A stretch of DNA of 64,000 bases from Omnitrophica WOR_2 bacterium GWF2_43_52 (GTDB lineage: Bacteria; Omnitrophota; Gorgyraeia; Gygaellales; UBA12090). Location: assembly GCA_001805445.1 (NCBI GenBank), contig MHGF01000003.1:248429-312428 (forward strand), in the 5' to 3' direction. This document shows, in pieces, positions 9,059 through 19,127 of the stretch (its first letter is position 1; each line of letters starts with the position of its first letter). The notes beneath the pieces were generated by a model. That model did not search any database and was not told the DNA's origin. It saw only the letters and a list, made by a program, of their open reading frames with translations. The position numbers and the translations under genes were made by a program.

Positions 9059-10126
9059 CTAAATCTCGCGTTGAGGCAAGTATTTTTTTAAATTCATCTT
9101 TTTTGTTGCCTGGAGAAACGCCTCTACCACACTTGGATCAAACTGGGTCCCTGCTTTGATTTTAATTTCTCTGAGCGCGTCAGGGATATTCATTCTTTCT
9201 TTATACGGCCTTCCGTATACCATAGCTTCAAAGGCATCAGCGACTGCCATGATCCTGGCGCCGATAGGGATTTGCCCTTTTTTTAGCCTTGAAGGATACC
9301 CTGTCCCGTCAAATTTTTCATGATGATAAAGAATAATAGGGATGACAGGCCTAAAGGCTTCCAGGTGCCGCAGGATTTGCACACCCTTAAAAGGATGCCC
9401 TCTGATAATACTCACCTCCTTTTCGGTGAGCTTCGTTGACTTCGTCAAAATTTCCAAAGGAATATCTACTTTTCCCGCATCGTGCAATAAACTCGCGAAT
9501 TTAAGGCTTTGAATTTTTCTCTCGTCGAGGTGCATCTGGTGGCCTATGGCGCAGACTAAACGGCTAAAATAAGGGCTATGGGTAAACGCGTTTGGGACAC
9601 GGGTATCAAAAAGAGTCACCAGGGATTTAATACTGCCAAAGATAATCTTCTGCTGTTCTTCATAGAGCTGCAAATTACGAATACCGATAACCGCCTGCTC
9701 CGCGACCGTCATTAGAATTTCCTGGTCATAGACGTCAAATGGCTTCTCATTCTTATTCCTGCGCAATACAAGGATACCGCATAAATCGTCAGCGATAAGC
9801 GGCACGGCGAGAAGATGGCCGTTGCGTATTACCGACGATTTGTGTATCACCTGCTTCTCTATGCCGCTTGCCTGGCGCAGCCCCTTACAGACTACAGACT
9901 TTGCGTTGGGCCTGGTAGCGCAGCGTAATACGATTTTAGCGTGGGAAGCATCCAAGATCGAGATGGTACAATGCTGGGCTTCCGATATTTGGCATACCAG
10001 GCGCGCCAGCCGGAAAATAAGATTCCTGAGATCATAGGTGGAGTTTATAAGCCGGTATACCGTATGAATCGCGGAGATAATCGACCTATACCTTTTCGTA
10101 AGGGGCAAAAAGTTTTTTGTACTCAT
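9059..10126 (-). CDS. GAF + HD-GYP phosphodiesterase
   Basis: LLHDAGK, HHEKFDGTGYP, VADAFEAM, GTQFDP; LAVPL...GIL GAF-like segment. Confidence 0.9.
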   Translation of the reverse strand: MSTKNFLPLTKRYRSIISAIHTVYRLINSTYDLRNLIFRLARLVCQISEAQHCTISILDASHAKIVLRCATRPNAKSVVCKGLRQASGIEKQVIHKSSVIRNGHLLAVPLIADDLCGILVLRRNKNEKPFDVYDQEILMTVAEQAVIGIRNLQLYEEQQKIIFGSIKSLVTLFDTRVPNAFTHSPYFSRLVCAIGHQMHLDERKIQSLKFASLLHDAGKVDIPLEILTKSTKLTEKEVSIIRGHPFKGVQILRHLEAFRPVIPIILYHHEKFDGTGYPSRLKKGQIPIGARIMAVADAFEAMVYGRPYKERMNIPDALREIKIKAGTQFDPSVVEAFLQATKKMNLKKYLPQREI

Positions 10127-11237
10127 CTAATGCGTACCTGTCAGTCATGGCCGCGATATAATCGCAAACCACCCTTCTGGGGTCTTCTCCCTGTTTAACG
10201 CGCAGCGATGGTTCAGGAGGAAGCTGTTGGGGATTATGCACGTATACTTCAAAAAGTTCCTTGATAAAACGCTTAGCCTTATGCGCCATGCGCACGACGC
10301 GGTAATTCTGGTAGAGATCCCGCATAAGAAAATCCTTTAAGGGAAGGCGCAACGCCTCCATCTCCTGGCTAAAGCCAACGAGCTTATACTTAAGATTACG
10401 GCAGCTCTCTGCCTTCCTTATCTTAGCCGCTTTGATTCTCTTTTGCGTTGCTTCAATTAAATCGGTTACCTGCCTGTCTATAAGCATCCTGATAATCTGA
10501 TACTTCTTAAGCTGCCCGTTAATCTTAGTATATCGTAACGACACCTGTTTATCAACAATATTCCAAAGCTTGATTTTTTTTAGATCTGCCTCGTGAATAA
10601 GCCCTGAGGTTAAGCCATCATCAATATCGTGGTTGCTATAAGCGATTTCATCGGCAATATCTACTACCTGAGTTTCTAAACTCGGCATCTGTCCTGGCTC
10701 TAAACCCTCCAGATGAACACCTTCATCATAAAAAGACGAATGTTTGGCGATTCCCTCTCTTACCTCCCAGCTTAAATTAAGGCCTGGGAATTCGGGGTAA
10801 TGTTCTTCTAAAACATCCACAATCCGTAAGCCCTGAAGGTTATGATTAAACCCTCCGTATTCCGACATAAGCTCATCTAAGGCCTCTTCTCCCGAATGGC
10901 CAAAAGGCGTATGGCCAAGGTCATGGGCAAGCGCCACAGCCTCAACAAGGTCACCATTAAGGCGAAGCCGATAGGCAATAGTCCGGGCAATCTGGGAAAC
11001 CTCCAAGGTATGGGTAAGGCGCGTGCGGTAATAATCGCCCTCGTGATTGACAAAAACCTGGGTTTTGTATTCTAATCTACGAAATGCCGCCGCATGGATA
11101 ATCCTGTCCCGGTCGCGCTGGTAACAACTGCGATACTCGTGCTCTTTTTCCTTATACATTCTGCCTTTACTCAGGCAGCTTTTCATGGCATAAGGAGCCA
11201 ACAGAATATCCTCAAATTTTTTTATGTAATTGCGCAT
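10086..11237 (-). CDS. dgt: Deoxyguanosinetriphosphate triphosphohydrolase
   Basis: RDRDRI, FRRL.YKTQVF, RTRLTHTLEV, HDLGHTPFGHSGE, DYIAAMTD. Confidence 0.93.
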   Translation of the reverse strand: MRNYIKKFEDILLAPYAMKSCLSKGRMYKEKEHEYRSCYQRDRDRIIHAAAFRRLEYKTQVFVNHEGDYYRTRLTHTLEVSQIARTIAYRLRLNGDLVEAVALAHDLGHTPFGHSGEEALDELMSEYGGFNHNLQGLRIVDVLEEHYPEFPGLNLSWEVREGIAKHSSFYDEGVHLEGLEPGQMPSLETQVVDIADEIAYSNHDIDDGLTSGLIHEADLKKIKLWNIVDKQVSLRYTKINGQLKKYQIIRMLIDRQVTDLIEATQKRIKAAKIRKAESCRNLKYKLVGFSQEMEALRLPLKDFLMRDLYQNYRVVRMAHKAKRFIKELFEVYVHNPQQLPPEPSLRVKQGEDPRRVVCDYIAAMTDRYALDEYKKLFAPYEKV

Positions 11238-11688
11238 AGAGTTGCTCCAACGACTGTGAAATCACCTTGGTGCCGCTTACCACCGGCATAAAATTGGTAT
11301 CTTCCTTCCAACGGGGAACGATATGCACATGGATATGAGAAGGAATTCCCGCTCCGGCAACCGCGCCGCTGTTAATCCCAATGTTAAACCCGCCTGGTTT
11401 TAACAGCTCTTTAAGCAGGCCTTGCATTTTATTCAACACCGAAAATAAATCCAGTATTTCATCACTACGCAGTTTTCCTAAATCCTTTATATGCCGGTAA
11501 GGGGCAATCATCAGATGGCCGTTATTATAAGGGAATTTATTAAGCATGCTAAACACGTGGCGGGAACGAAAAAGCAGGAGATTTTTCCGATCATTTCTCT
11601 CTTCCCTAACCCGGCAAAAAAGGCATCCTTTTTGCTTTTTCGCGTTACTGATATACTGCATCCGCCATGGCGCCCAAAGTTTATCCAT
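11212..11688 (-). CDS. HIT-family nucleotide hydrolase
   Basis: LWAPWR, CLFC, HIHVHIVPRW. Confidence 0.9.
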   Translation of the reverse strand: MDKLWAPWRMQYISNAKKQKGCLFCRVREERNDRKNLLLFRSRHVFSMLNKFPYNNGHLMIAPYRHIKDLGKLRSDEILDLFSVLNKMQGLLKELLKPGGFNIGINSGAVAGAGIPSHIHVHIVPRWKEDTNFMPVVSGTKVISQSLEQLYAQLHKKI

Positions 11689-11692
11689 CTTT

Positions 11693-12184
11693 TTATACCT
11701 TTATTATCTGCGCGTGTATCCCGCCGTTTATGGTAATCACCCCATAGGAGTTAATTAAGCTAAAAACCTTATCCGTAGGGCTTCCGGGGTTTAAAAATAG
11801 TATGCCGTTCTTGGTTATATTTAAAGCATGGTGCGAATGGCCGAACACGACAACCTGCGGCTTTTCTTTCGTAAATTCTTTTTCCATTAAACTAAAGACC
11901 CCTTGATGGCTTCCCCAACCATGCATTAAACCGATGGTTACGTTATCAATAGTAATCAACTCTCTCGCAGGAAGAAGATTCTTAAGCCTGGGTTCGTCCA
12001 TGTTCCCCTGCACTGCCTTGAGCTTAGGGAATTTCTTCTTTAATTTCATAAAAAAGTCAAAAGAAGTAATATCTCCGGCGTGGAGGGCAAGATCGCAAGA
12101 AGCTAAATCCTCATATACTTTTTTCGGCAAATCATCCGCGCGTTCCGGAATATGGGTGTCGGATAAAACGAGTATCTTCGTCAT
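11693..12184 (-). CDS. YfcE/MJ0936-type metallophosphoesterase
   Basis: SDTH, HAGD, GNMD, HG, FGHSH, NPGS. Confidence 0.9.
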   Translation of the reverse strand: MTKILVLSDTHIPERADDLPKKVYEDLASCDLALHAGDITSFDFFMKLKKKFPKLKAVQGNMDEPRLKNLLPARELITIDNVTIGLMHGWGSHQGVFSLMEKEFTKEKPQVVVFGHSHHALNITKNGILFLNPGSPTDKVFSLINSYGVITINGGIHAQIIKV

Positions 12185-12196
12185 AGTTGCCGCCGC

Positions 12197-13810
12197 TTAA
12201 CGCACAATCCTTGGCCTATCATACATATCAAGGAGTGAATTGACACATGCCATATCCCAGGTAGCAATCTTCGCCTCTTTAGCGATGAGGCGGGCATTCG
12301 CGTCTATGTCATCAAAAGCAATAAATATCCTCTTCTGGGATTTGGCGTATTTAAATCTCTTGCAGGCATTGACAAAATCAATGATATCTTCCTCTGAAAC
12401 TCTCTCCTCCTTAAATCCCGCGATCCAAAGGTTCGAAGGAGCCCTCGCGAGGATTCCTTCCTTTAATTTTTTGCCGTTTATTTTCAGCAATTTCACCTCT
12501 TTGAAATGGTTAAGACGGACGCGCTTATGGTGAATTTCAACTGCTTCATTACTAAACCGGCTAAAGAGTTCCATGAGGCGTTCTGAAATAGCTTTGTCTT
12601 GGGCATCGCAAAACTCCAGAAAAAGCCTTTTGACTTCTTTTCTGAATATTTCTGTTTGCTTATCAGAATCTGCCGAGAAATTATGCAACTGATGGGCATA
12701 AACGCTTTGAAGCCAGAAGGAAAAAAACTTATCAATGAGGCAATAGTGATCGCTATTTTTAACCACTAACTCCATAGCGCAAAGCCTCTCCAGCAATACT
12801 GCTGCCTCCTTTTTCGTTTTTCCTGTCGTATGAGCAATATGCGTAATCCGTTTCATTCCAAGGCATAGCTCCAGCAGTATTGTGGTACAGAGCGCGTTGC
12901 CAAGCTGCTTAGTGACGCAATCGATAACACCGCTAAAATGCTTATTAACAATACCCCAGGGATCAAGCAGTATATTTTTTAAGGATGCGGTACAGGTGTC
13001 GATGCTCGGGGCAACCGAAGCGTTTTTCGTATGATAATCGGCAAAGGCTGTAGCTACCGCGTTTAGATAAAAGGGCTTTCCGGCAGTAAGGCTTACAATA
13101 AAATCGATAAGAGCAGTGCTGACGGGGAAATCCTTTAGTTTTTCGCATACAAAGGTATGGGAGGCCTTGGCGTCAAACGGCGCAAGCTCAATTTTCTCAA
13201 AGTTGCCGAATAAGAGCGCGAGTTCAGAAGAAAGGATTTCCTGCGCCCGAAGTTTCTTCGAGCTTAATAAAACATACATCGTGTTTTTCCCAAACATAAT
13301 CCTTTCCCGCCACTCTTTATAGAGGCCTTTAGGCTTAAGGCCGTCAAATTGATGGAATTCGTCAAAGATAATAATACAGCGTTTCCCGCTTTCAAGGAAA
13401 AACAGCTCGGGAAGCTCTAAAAGTTTTGTAAAGACGCTCTCGGCCTTCTTACTCTTCCTTGCGGAAAGTATTTCTTTAGCCGCCGCGATTGTTTTTGGAA
13501 TATACTTCTGCGCGTGTTCCATCAGGAAACCAATATCCTCCTGCAAGGGAATTTGGCTATTCTTTAAGAATGCGAATAGAAACCTCCCGATAAACTGCTC
13601 CGAGAAAAGATTTATCTCCAGAGCTTTGACTTCAAGATACACAGCGACAATAAGATTGTTATGATAGCGTGACAACCAGGAGTGGATAAGCGAGGTCTTT
13701 CCAATCAGTTCTTCGCCGAGTATCGCTACGTTTTGCCGGTAGCCGTGGCTTAAACCGTCGGCACGCTTATCTAACAACTTAAGGACATTATCTCTTGCGC
13801 AAAATTCCAT
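12197..13810 (-). CDS. ATPase_2 ('archaeal ATPase') family protein with winged-helix and nuclease-like C-terminus
   Basis: F..R start, GEELIGKTS, IIIFDEF, DKFFSFWL; true start ATG 13810. Confidence 0.65.
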   Translation of the reverse strand: MEFCARDNVLKLLDKRADGLSHGYRQNVAILGEELIGKTSLIHSWLSRYHNNLIVAVYLEVKALEINLFSEQFIGRFLFAFLKNSQIPLQEDIGFLMEHAQKYIPKTIAAAKEILSARKSKKAESVFTKLLELPELFFLESGKRCIIIFDEFHQFDGLKPKGLYKEWRERIMFGKNTMYVLLSSKKLRAQEILSSELALLFGNFEKIELAPFDAKASHTFVCEKLKDFPVSTALIDFIVSLTAGKPFYLNAVATAFADYHTKNASVAPSIDTCTASLKNILLDPWGIVNKHFSGVIDCVTKQLGNALCTTILLELCLGMKRITHIAHTTGKTKKEAAVLLERLCAMELVVKNSDHYCLIDKFFSFWLQSVYAHQLHNFSADSDKQTEIFRKEVKRLFLEFCDAQDKAISERLMELFSRFSNEAVEIHHKRVRLNHFKEVKLLKINGKKLKEGILARAPSNLWIAGFKEERVSEEDIIDFVNACKRFKYAKSQKRIFIAFDDIDANARLIAKEAKIATWDMACVNSLLDMYDRPRIVR

Positions 13811-13814
13811 AGTT

Positions 13815-14507
13815 TTAACGTGGTAGATAAAAATAAGGGTTTTGGGGAAGATGGCCTTTGCGTATCTCAAAATGCACCAGGCCACCAGCACTGCGGGCAA
13901 TGGGTGAACCCTGGCTGATGCGTTCCCCAGGACTAACCAGTATATGCGATAATAATGCGTATACGGTCATGAGCCCGCCTTCATGAGAAATAATCACCGT
14001 CTTGCCGTAGCCTTTAAGCTTATCCGTAGTAAAAACAACCATTCCTGAATGAGCAGCGAGCACTGCCGCGTTAGAAAAAGCGCGTATGGTAACACCCTTA
14101 TTAACGACATTGCTGGTTTTATCCCCAAATCCTGAAATTACCTTACCTTTACTTGGCCAGATGAAATCCCTGGTGCTTGTGGCCCGATACGAAACAGCTT
14201 CAGGCTTTTTTCCGCGAGGAATAAAAAGCGTCTGCCCTTGCAGTATTTGTGTCGAGTCGGTAATTCTATTACTGCTAATAATTTCATCAAGGTCTATACC
14301 GTAGATTTTCGAAATCCGCCACAGTGTCTGACCCTTCTCTACTTTATGGTATACCCCGGCGGGCACAGAAGTCATAGCTAAAGGCGCGATACGTGGCACC
14401 TGTTGCTTCTGTATCTGGAGAGGAGGAGAAGTAACCGTTGTCGCGCAGCCGGCCATTATGGAGGGAATGAAGAAAACCAAAAATAAGCTATTAAAATTCT
14501 TTTCCAT
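13815..14507 (-). CDS. LysM + M23 lipoprotein (NlpD-like)
   Basis: Lipobox MAGC, HKVEKGQTLWRIS, FIWP, GYG, HFEIR; zinc ligands degenerate. Confidence 0.85.
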   Translation of the reverse strand: MEKNFNSLFLVFFIPSIMAGCATTVTSPPLQIQKQQVPRIAPLAMTSVPAGVYHKVEKGQTLWRISKIYGIDLDEIISSNRITDSTQILQGQTLFIPRGKKPEAVSYRATSTRDFIWPSKGKVISGFGDKTSNVVNKGVTIRAFSNAAVLAAHSGMVVFTTDKLKGYGKTVIISHEGGLMTVYALLSHILVSPGERISQGSPIARSAGGLVHFEIRKGHLPQNPYFYLPR

Positions 14508-14526
14508 TATCTATAGTGCAATAGTA

Positions 14527-14597
14527 AGCGGGCGATGGGAATTGAACCCACCTATCCAGCTTGGGAAGCTGGTGTTCTACCGATGAACTACGCCCGC
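14527..14597 (-). tRNA. tRNA-Gly (anticodon CCC), CCA not encoded
   Basis: GCGGGCG/CGCCCGC acceptor stem, CCAGC-TTCCCAA-GCTGG anticodon arm, GGTTCAATTCC T arm. Confidence 0.95.
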
Positions 14598-14607
14598 AAT
14601 TTTTACG

Positions 14608-14660
14608 AGTAGTAAGTATCCTTACTACTATCTACTTTCTACTTTCTACTTCCTACTCTA
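14608..14660. repeat. Heptamer (CTACTTT-like) tandem repeat with short inverted arm
   Basis: agtagtaag...cttactact then tctactt repeats. Confidence 0.5.
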
Positions 14661-15939
14661 TTTTTAGACATTCTTCAATAAGTTTTATTGAGCAATAATC
14701 ACTACACATAGTGCACACATCAACAAGCTGTGGTTTTGAAACCACCCGGTATTCCCTTGCCCTCTCTGGATCTATCGATAAGGCAAATTGATCATCCCAG
14801 TTGCGTTTTTTACGGGCAAGCGACATTTTCCTATCCCAGTCCAAAGCTCCTTTAACGCCTTTGACAATATCCGCGCTATGGGCCGCGATACGCGAAGCAA
14901 TAACCCCCTCCTTGATATCTTCAACCGAAGGATGCCTCAGATGTTCAGCGGGAGTGACCACACACAGGAAATCAGCGCCAAAACTTGCGGCCAATGCCCC
15001 GCCAATCGCGCCAGAGATATGGTCACGCGTTGAAGCAACATCGGTCACCAGAGGCCCTAACACATAAAAAGGCGCGTTATCGCACAAATCTTTTTCTAAC
15101 ATGATATTTTTCTTGATTTGGTCCAGCGGCACATGGCCAGGCCCCTCGATCATAACCTGAACCTTTCTTTCCCGTGATCTACGGGCTAATTTTCCCAAGA
15201 GCCTTAATTCACTTATCTGCGCCTTATCAGTAGCATCCAGGATGGATCCCGGCCTTAGCCCGTCTCCTAAGCTCAAGGTAACATCATAGCGATAGGCGAT
15301 ATCCAAAATTGTATCAAAATTCTCATAGAGCGGATTTTCTTCTTTATGGTGCGCCATCCAACTCGTCAGGATTGCTCCTCCCCGGCTTACAATATCCATA
15401 ACACGCTTATGCTTCTTCACCATGGCAACAGTTGCCAGAGTCACTCCCGAGTGGATCGTTATGAAGTCAACGCCATCCTTAGCCTGCTCCTCAATAACCT
15501 CAAGCATATCCTGGGCGGTCATTTTAAGAAAAGATCCCTTGGCTTTACTTGCTGCCTGGGCTGCTTGATAAATAGGCACCGTGCCTACAGGGACACTCGA
15601 TTGAGCGAGTATTGCTTTTCGGATCGCTGTGATATCACCCGCGATACTTAAATCCATCACAGTATCCGTCCCACATTTGATTGAAGCCGCTAATTTCTTC
15701 AATTCATCGCTGGTATCCGCTTCATCGGCTGAGGTTCCGATATTCGCGTTAATTTTAGTCCGTAACCCCTCACCTATCGCGCAGGGTTTCGATTTTACGT
15801 GCCGGGTATTATCCGTAATAACGATCCTTCCGGAAGCAATCCTGTCTTTCAAAAACTTCAGGCTTACGTTTTCTTCTTTTGCCAGAGCCTTCATTACGCC
15901 AGAAGTTTTATTATTGCACGCTAATTCCAATTGCGTCAT
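14653..15939 (-). CDS. thiC: Phosphomethylpyrimidine synthase
   Basis: KINANIGTS, MDLS, SRGG, SLGDGLRPG, EGPGH, CTMCSDYC; start MTQLE at 15939. Confidence 0.95.
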   Translation of the reverse strand: MTQLELACNNKTSGVMKALAKEENVSLKFLKDRIASGRIVITDNTRHVKSKPCAIGEGLRTKINANIGTSADEADTSDELKKLAASIKCGTDTVMDLSIAGDITAIRKAILAQSSVPVGTVPIYQAAQAASKAKGSFLKMTAQDMLEVIEEQAKDGVDFITIHSGVTLATVAMVKKHKRVMDIVSRGGAILTSWMAHHKEENPLYENFDTILDIAYRYDVTLSLGDGLRPGSILDATDKAQISELRLLGKLARRSRERKVQVMIEGPGHVPLDQIKKNIMLEKDLCDNAPFYVLGPLVTDVASTRDHISGAIGGALAASFGADFLCVVTPAEHLRHPSVEDIKEGVIASRIAAHSADIVKGVKGALDWDRKMSLARKKRNWDDQFALSIDPERAREYRVVSKPQLVDVCTMCSDYCSIKLIEECLKIE

Positions 15940-16565
15940 AGGTAACACCCCAATTCCTTTAGTGCCTGCACGGTATTCCTTGCCCCGCATAGTGCCCTTA
16001 CCACGGCACTATATCGTGCTCCGGTTTTTCGCACAAGGCTTATAGTATCTTTGTTAATACCGCCTATCGCAACTATTGGTATTTGAATACAACCTTGAAC
16101 TTTCCGTAACAGTTTCAAGCCAACCGCTTTATAATCAGGTTTCGTTGGAGTACTGAAAATCGGCCCGATACTGATATAATCCGCGCCCTCTTCCTCTGCC
16201 GAAATGGCTTGTTTGAGGCTGTGGCAGGACTTCCCGATAATCGCCTCTGATCCTAAAAGCCCGCGCGCCGGCTTGATTGGTATATCATCCTGGCCCAGAT
16301 GAAGGCCGTCAGCTGCTACAAGCTTAGCAATATCCGCGCGGTCATTAATGATAAATAATGCTTCCCTTCCAATGATTTTTCTTAACATCAGGGCATCGCT
16401 ATAAAATCTGCTTATATTTTCTGTTTTATCCCTGAGCTGAATTATTTTTACGCCTCCCTTGATACAGCCGCGCGCAATTGACGTAAGTGTTTTTCTGGCA
16501 CAAACCTCGCGGTCAATTACCGCGTACACACTAGAGCTTGGAATGCGTTTTCTTTTCGATTTCAT
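15936..16565 (-). CDS. thiE: Thiamine-phosphate synthase
   Basis: IQLRDK, INDR, HLGQDD, TPTKP, AIGGI. Confidence 0.92.
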   Translation of the reverse strand: MKSKRKRIPSSSVYAVIDREVCARKTLTSIARGCIKGGVKIIQLRDKTENISRFYSDALMLRKIIGREALFIINDRADIAKLVAADGLHLGQDDIPIKPARGLLGSEAIIGKSCHSLKQAISAEEEGADYISIGPIFSTPTKPDYKAVGLKLLRKVQGCIQIPIVAIGGINKDTISLVRKTGARYSAVVRALCGARNTVQALKELGCYL

Positions 16566-16944
16566 AGAGTCGGTAACGAATATCCTTGAAGAGGCGCGCG
16601 ATTGCCTTGTTGTTAAGCTTGGCGCATTCCTCAAGAACCCTCACGGATTCTTTTGAGCGCTGGATATTGGCATAGAAAATATCTTTATAATCAAGCCTTG
16701 TAAGTTCAGCTCGTGCCGAAGGCTTCCCCACGTCATTTTGGCTATTACGAGAATCTAAGAGAGCATGCTTTTGAATATGCCACTTTTTCATTGTTGCTAC
16801 TATGGTGTGACGGGTATATTTAAACGAAGCTGTCAATAGCCTCGCGGAAAGCACAAACCGCGTAATTTCCTCGCACACGCGTATGCCCTCTAGTACCCGG
16901 TTATAATTCGCGTCAATAATACGTAAAATACCTTTATCCATCAC
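16531..16944 (-). CDS. Stand-alone ThiD2-like helical domain (N-terminal partner of long ThiE)
   Basis: RIIDANYNR..EG.RV.EE and AN..R..ES.RVLEE repeats, RY.LY..EK. Confidence 0.8.
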   Translation of the reverse strand: MMDKGILRIIDANYNRVLEGIRVCEEITRFVLSARLLTASFKYTRHTIVATMKKWHIQKHALLDSRNSQNDVGKPSARAELTRLDYKDIFYANIQRSKESVRVLEECAKLNNKAIARLFKDIRYRLYEIEKKTHSKL

Positions 16945-17425
16945 GCATTTTTTTTATAATACCCGTCGTAGAATACCCTTTGAGGTACGCTATGGTAACG
17001 GCCTTTCCTCCCCGCGCTTTTACAAAATCACTGCCGACGATATCGCTTACTTTCCAATCTCCTCCCTTAATTAAAACATCGGGCTTAATAAGCTTAATCA
17101 GCCGTAGCGGCGTTTCTTCGCTAAAGACGGTTACATAGTCTACACATGTCAGCGCCCCAAGCACCCGCGCGCGGGCAAACTCTGGATTAAGAGGCCGTTG
17201 GCTGCCCTTGATATTTCTTACCGAGGAATCGCTGTTAAGCCCTACCACCAGGATATCCGCTAAGCGCTTTGCCGCTTCAAGATACATAACATGGCCGTAG
17301 TGCAGGATATCAAAACACCCGTTCGTAAATGCTATTTTTTTATTATCTTTTCTAAGCGCCAGAGCGATTGCCTTAATCTGGCGTTGCGTCTTGACCTTAG
17401 ATTCTGATATTTTTGATCGTGCCAT
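16934..17425 (-). CDS. rfaE2: D-glycero-beta-D-manno-heptose 1-phosphate adenylyltransferase (RfaE domain II)
   Basis: FTNGCFDILHYGH, GLNSD.SV, KGGDW, STT. Confidence 0.92.
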   Translation of the reverse strand: MARSKISESKVKTQRQIKAIALALRKDNKKIAFTNGCFDILHYGHVMYLEAAKRLADILVVGLNSDSSVRNIKGSQRPLNPEFARARVLGALTCVDYVTVFSEETPLRLIKLIKPDVLIKGGDWKVSDIVGSDFVKARGGKAVTIAYLKGYSTTGIIKKMRDG

Positions 17426-17449
17426 CTCTAAAAAAAATACCTTCTCCTT

Positions 17450-18022
17450 CTATTTTAATAACTCAGTCTCAACCATCTCGCAAATAATATGGGCGATAGT
17501 AATATGGGCTTCCTGTATCCGCGCGGTAACACTTGAGGGCATAAGAAGGCAGATATCCGCCGAGCGTGCCAATTCACCGCCTGTGCCTCCGGAGAGGCAG
17601 ATAGTCTTTAACCCCATTTCCTTTGCTTTCTTTATGGCTAACAACACATTCTTAGCTTTTCCACTGGTAGAAATACCTATGGCAATATCCTGCGGTTTTG
17701 CCAAGGCCTCCATTTGCCTCGCAAATACTATTTCATAGCCGTAATCGTTACTTAATGCGGTAAGCACCGAGGTGTTGGTGTTTAAGCACAGTGCCGGAAG
17801 CGCCTGCCGTTCCAGCTGAAACCTGCCGATAAACTCAGCGGCAATATGCTGGGCGTCAGCAGCTGAGCCGCCGTTACCAAAAATGAGCACCTTTCCCCCA
17901 GCTTTAAAAGAAGAAATTATCAATTTGGCGGCCTTAATGATATTCTCAATCTGCGTCTGGAGAATCTGCTCCTTAATATGAATGGCATCATTAATGATAT
18001 CGATAATTTTCTCACGCATCAT
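17450..18022 (-). CDS. gmhA: Phosphoheptose isomerase
   Basis: GNGGSAADAQH, NDYG, STSG, RIQEAH. Confidence 0.95.
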   Translation of the reverse strand: MMREKIIDIINDAIHIKEQILQTQIENIIKAAKLIISSFKAGGKVLIFGNGGSAADAQHIAAEFIGRFQLERQALPALCLNTNTSVLTALSNDYGYEIVFARQMEALAKPQDIAIGISTSGKAKNVLLAIKKAKEMGLKTICLSGGTGGELARSADICLLMPSSVTARIQEAHITIAHIICEMVETELLK

Positions 18023-18046
18023 ATCACCTCTTCTTATGATAGGCTA

Positions 18047-19078
18047 TTAGCCAAAGAATACCTTGGCTAACTCATAATACTCCGTATCAACTGTTTTCAA
18101 TTTCCCGGTTGCCGCTTCTAGGGGCACGTCAATAATCGTACCCCCCGAAAGCGCAACCATGCGCCCAAATTTCTTTTGCAACACCAATTCTACGGCCTTA
18201 ACGCCGAAGCGGGTACCTAAAACCCTGTCAAAGGCGCTCGGGCTTCCTCCCCGCTGGATATGTCCCAGGACGGAAACCCTGGTTTCATAACCGGTTTGTT
18301 TTTCAATTTCGCGGGCAAGCAACTCGCCAATACCGCCTAAACGCACATGGCCAAATTCATCGAGTTTCTGTTCCTGAAGCACATGGCTGCTTTTTTTGAA
18401 CTGCGCGCCTTCGGCAACCACGACAATACTAAAGGTTTTTCCCCGGGAATGCCGTTTTTTAATTAAGCCGCAGACCTCATCAATATCAATAGGGATTTCC
18501 GGAATCAGAATAACATCCGCTCCTCCGGCAATACCTGCCTCAAGAGCAATCCAGCCGGCATGCCTGCCCATTACCTCTGCGACAATGATACGATGATGGC
18601 TCTCCGCGGTCGTATGGAGGCGGTCTATACACTCAGTGGCAATATTGATGGCAGTATCAAATCCAAAGGTATAGTCAGTCGCGGAGAGGTCATTATCTAT
18701 TGTTTTGGGAACACCAACCACGTTAATCTTCTCTGCGACTAATTTTGTCGCTACTCCCAAAGTATCTTCACCGCCTACAGCGACCAAGGCGTCAAGGCCT
18801 AAGGATTTATAATGCGTAACGACCTTTTGAACCGCGCCTTCCTTCTTATAGGGATTAGTCCTGCTGGTGCCTAAAATTGTTCCCCCTTTTGGCAGTATGC
18901 CGGAAATAGAATCCAAGGTTAAGGCCATCGTATCTTTTTCAATCAAGCCCTTCCAGCCGTTTTTTATACCAACGACTTCATAGCCTTCATTGATTGCCTT
19001 GCGAACTACCGCCCGAATAACAGCATTCAATCCTGGACAATCGCCACCGCCAGTTAAAATACCTATTTTTGAAGCCAT
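18047..19078 (-). CDS. pfkA: 6-phosphofructokinase
   Basis: GGGDCPGLN, GGTILGTSR, PKTIDND, EVMGRHAGW, LGHIQRGG. Confidence 0.95.
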   Translation of the reverse strand: MASKIGILTGGGDCPGLNAVIRAVVRKAINEGYEVVGIKNGWKGLIEKDTMALTLDSISGILPKGGTILGTSRTNPYKKEGAVQKVVTHYKSLGLDALVAVGGEDTLGVATKLVAEKINVVGVPKTIDNDLSATDYTFGFDTAINIATECIDRLHTTAESHHRIIVAEVMGRHAGWIALEAGIAGGADVILIPEIPIDIDEVCGLIKKRHSRGKTFSIVVVAEGAQFKKSSHVLQEQKLDEFGHVRLGGIGELLAREIEKQTGYETRVSVLGHIQRGGSPSAFDRVLGTRFGVKAVELVLQKKFGRMVALSGGTIIDVPLEAATGKLKTVDTEYYELAKVFFG

Positions 19079-19127
19079 TTTAATATATCTCCTCGTATAA
19101 TTTGTGTAAACACACTCGCTAAATGCG

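Noticed and set aside
14527-14597. tRNA as an integration site
   Set aside because: No integrase and no duplicated tRNA 3' end seen; flanks are housekeeping genes.
14653-17000. TPP riboswitch for the thi genes
   Set aside because: The genes overlap upstream genes with no leader, and no CTGAGA-type aptamer is visible.
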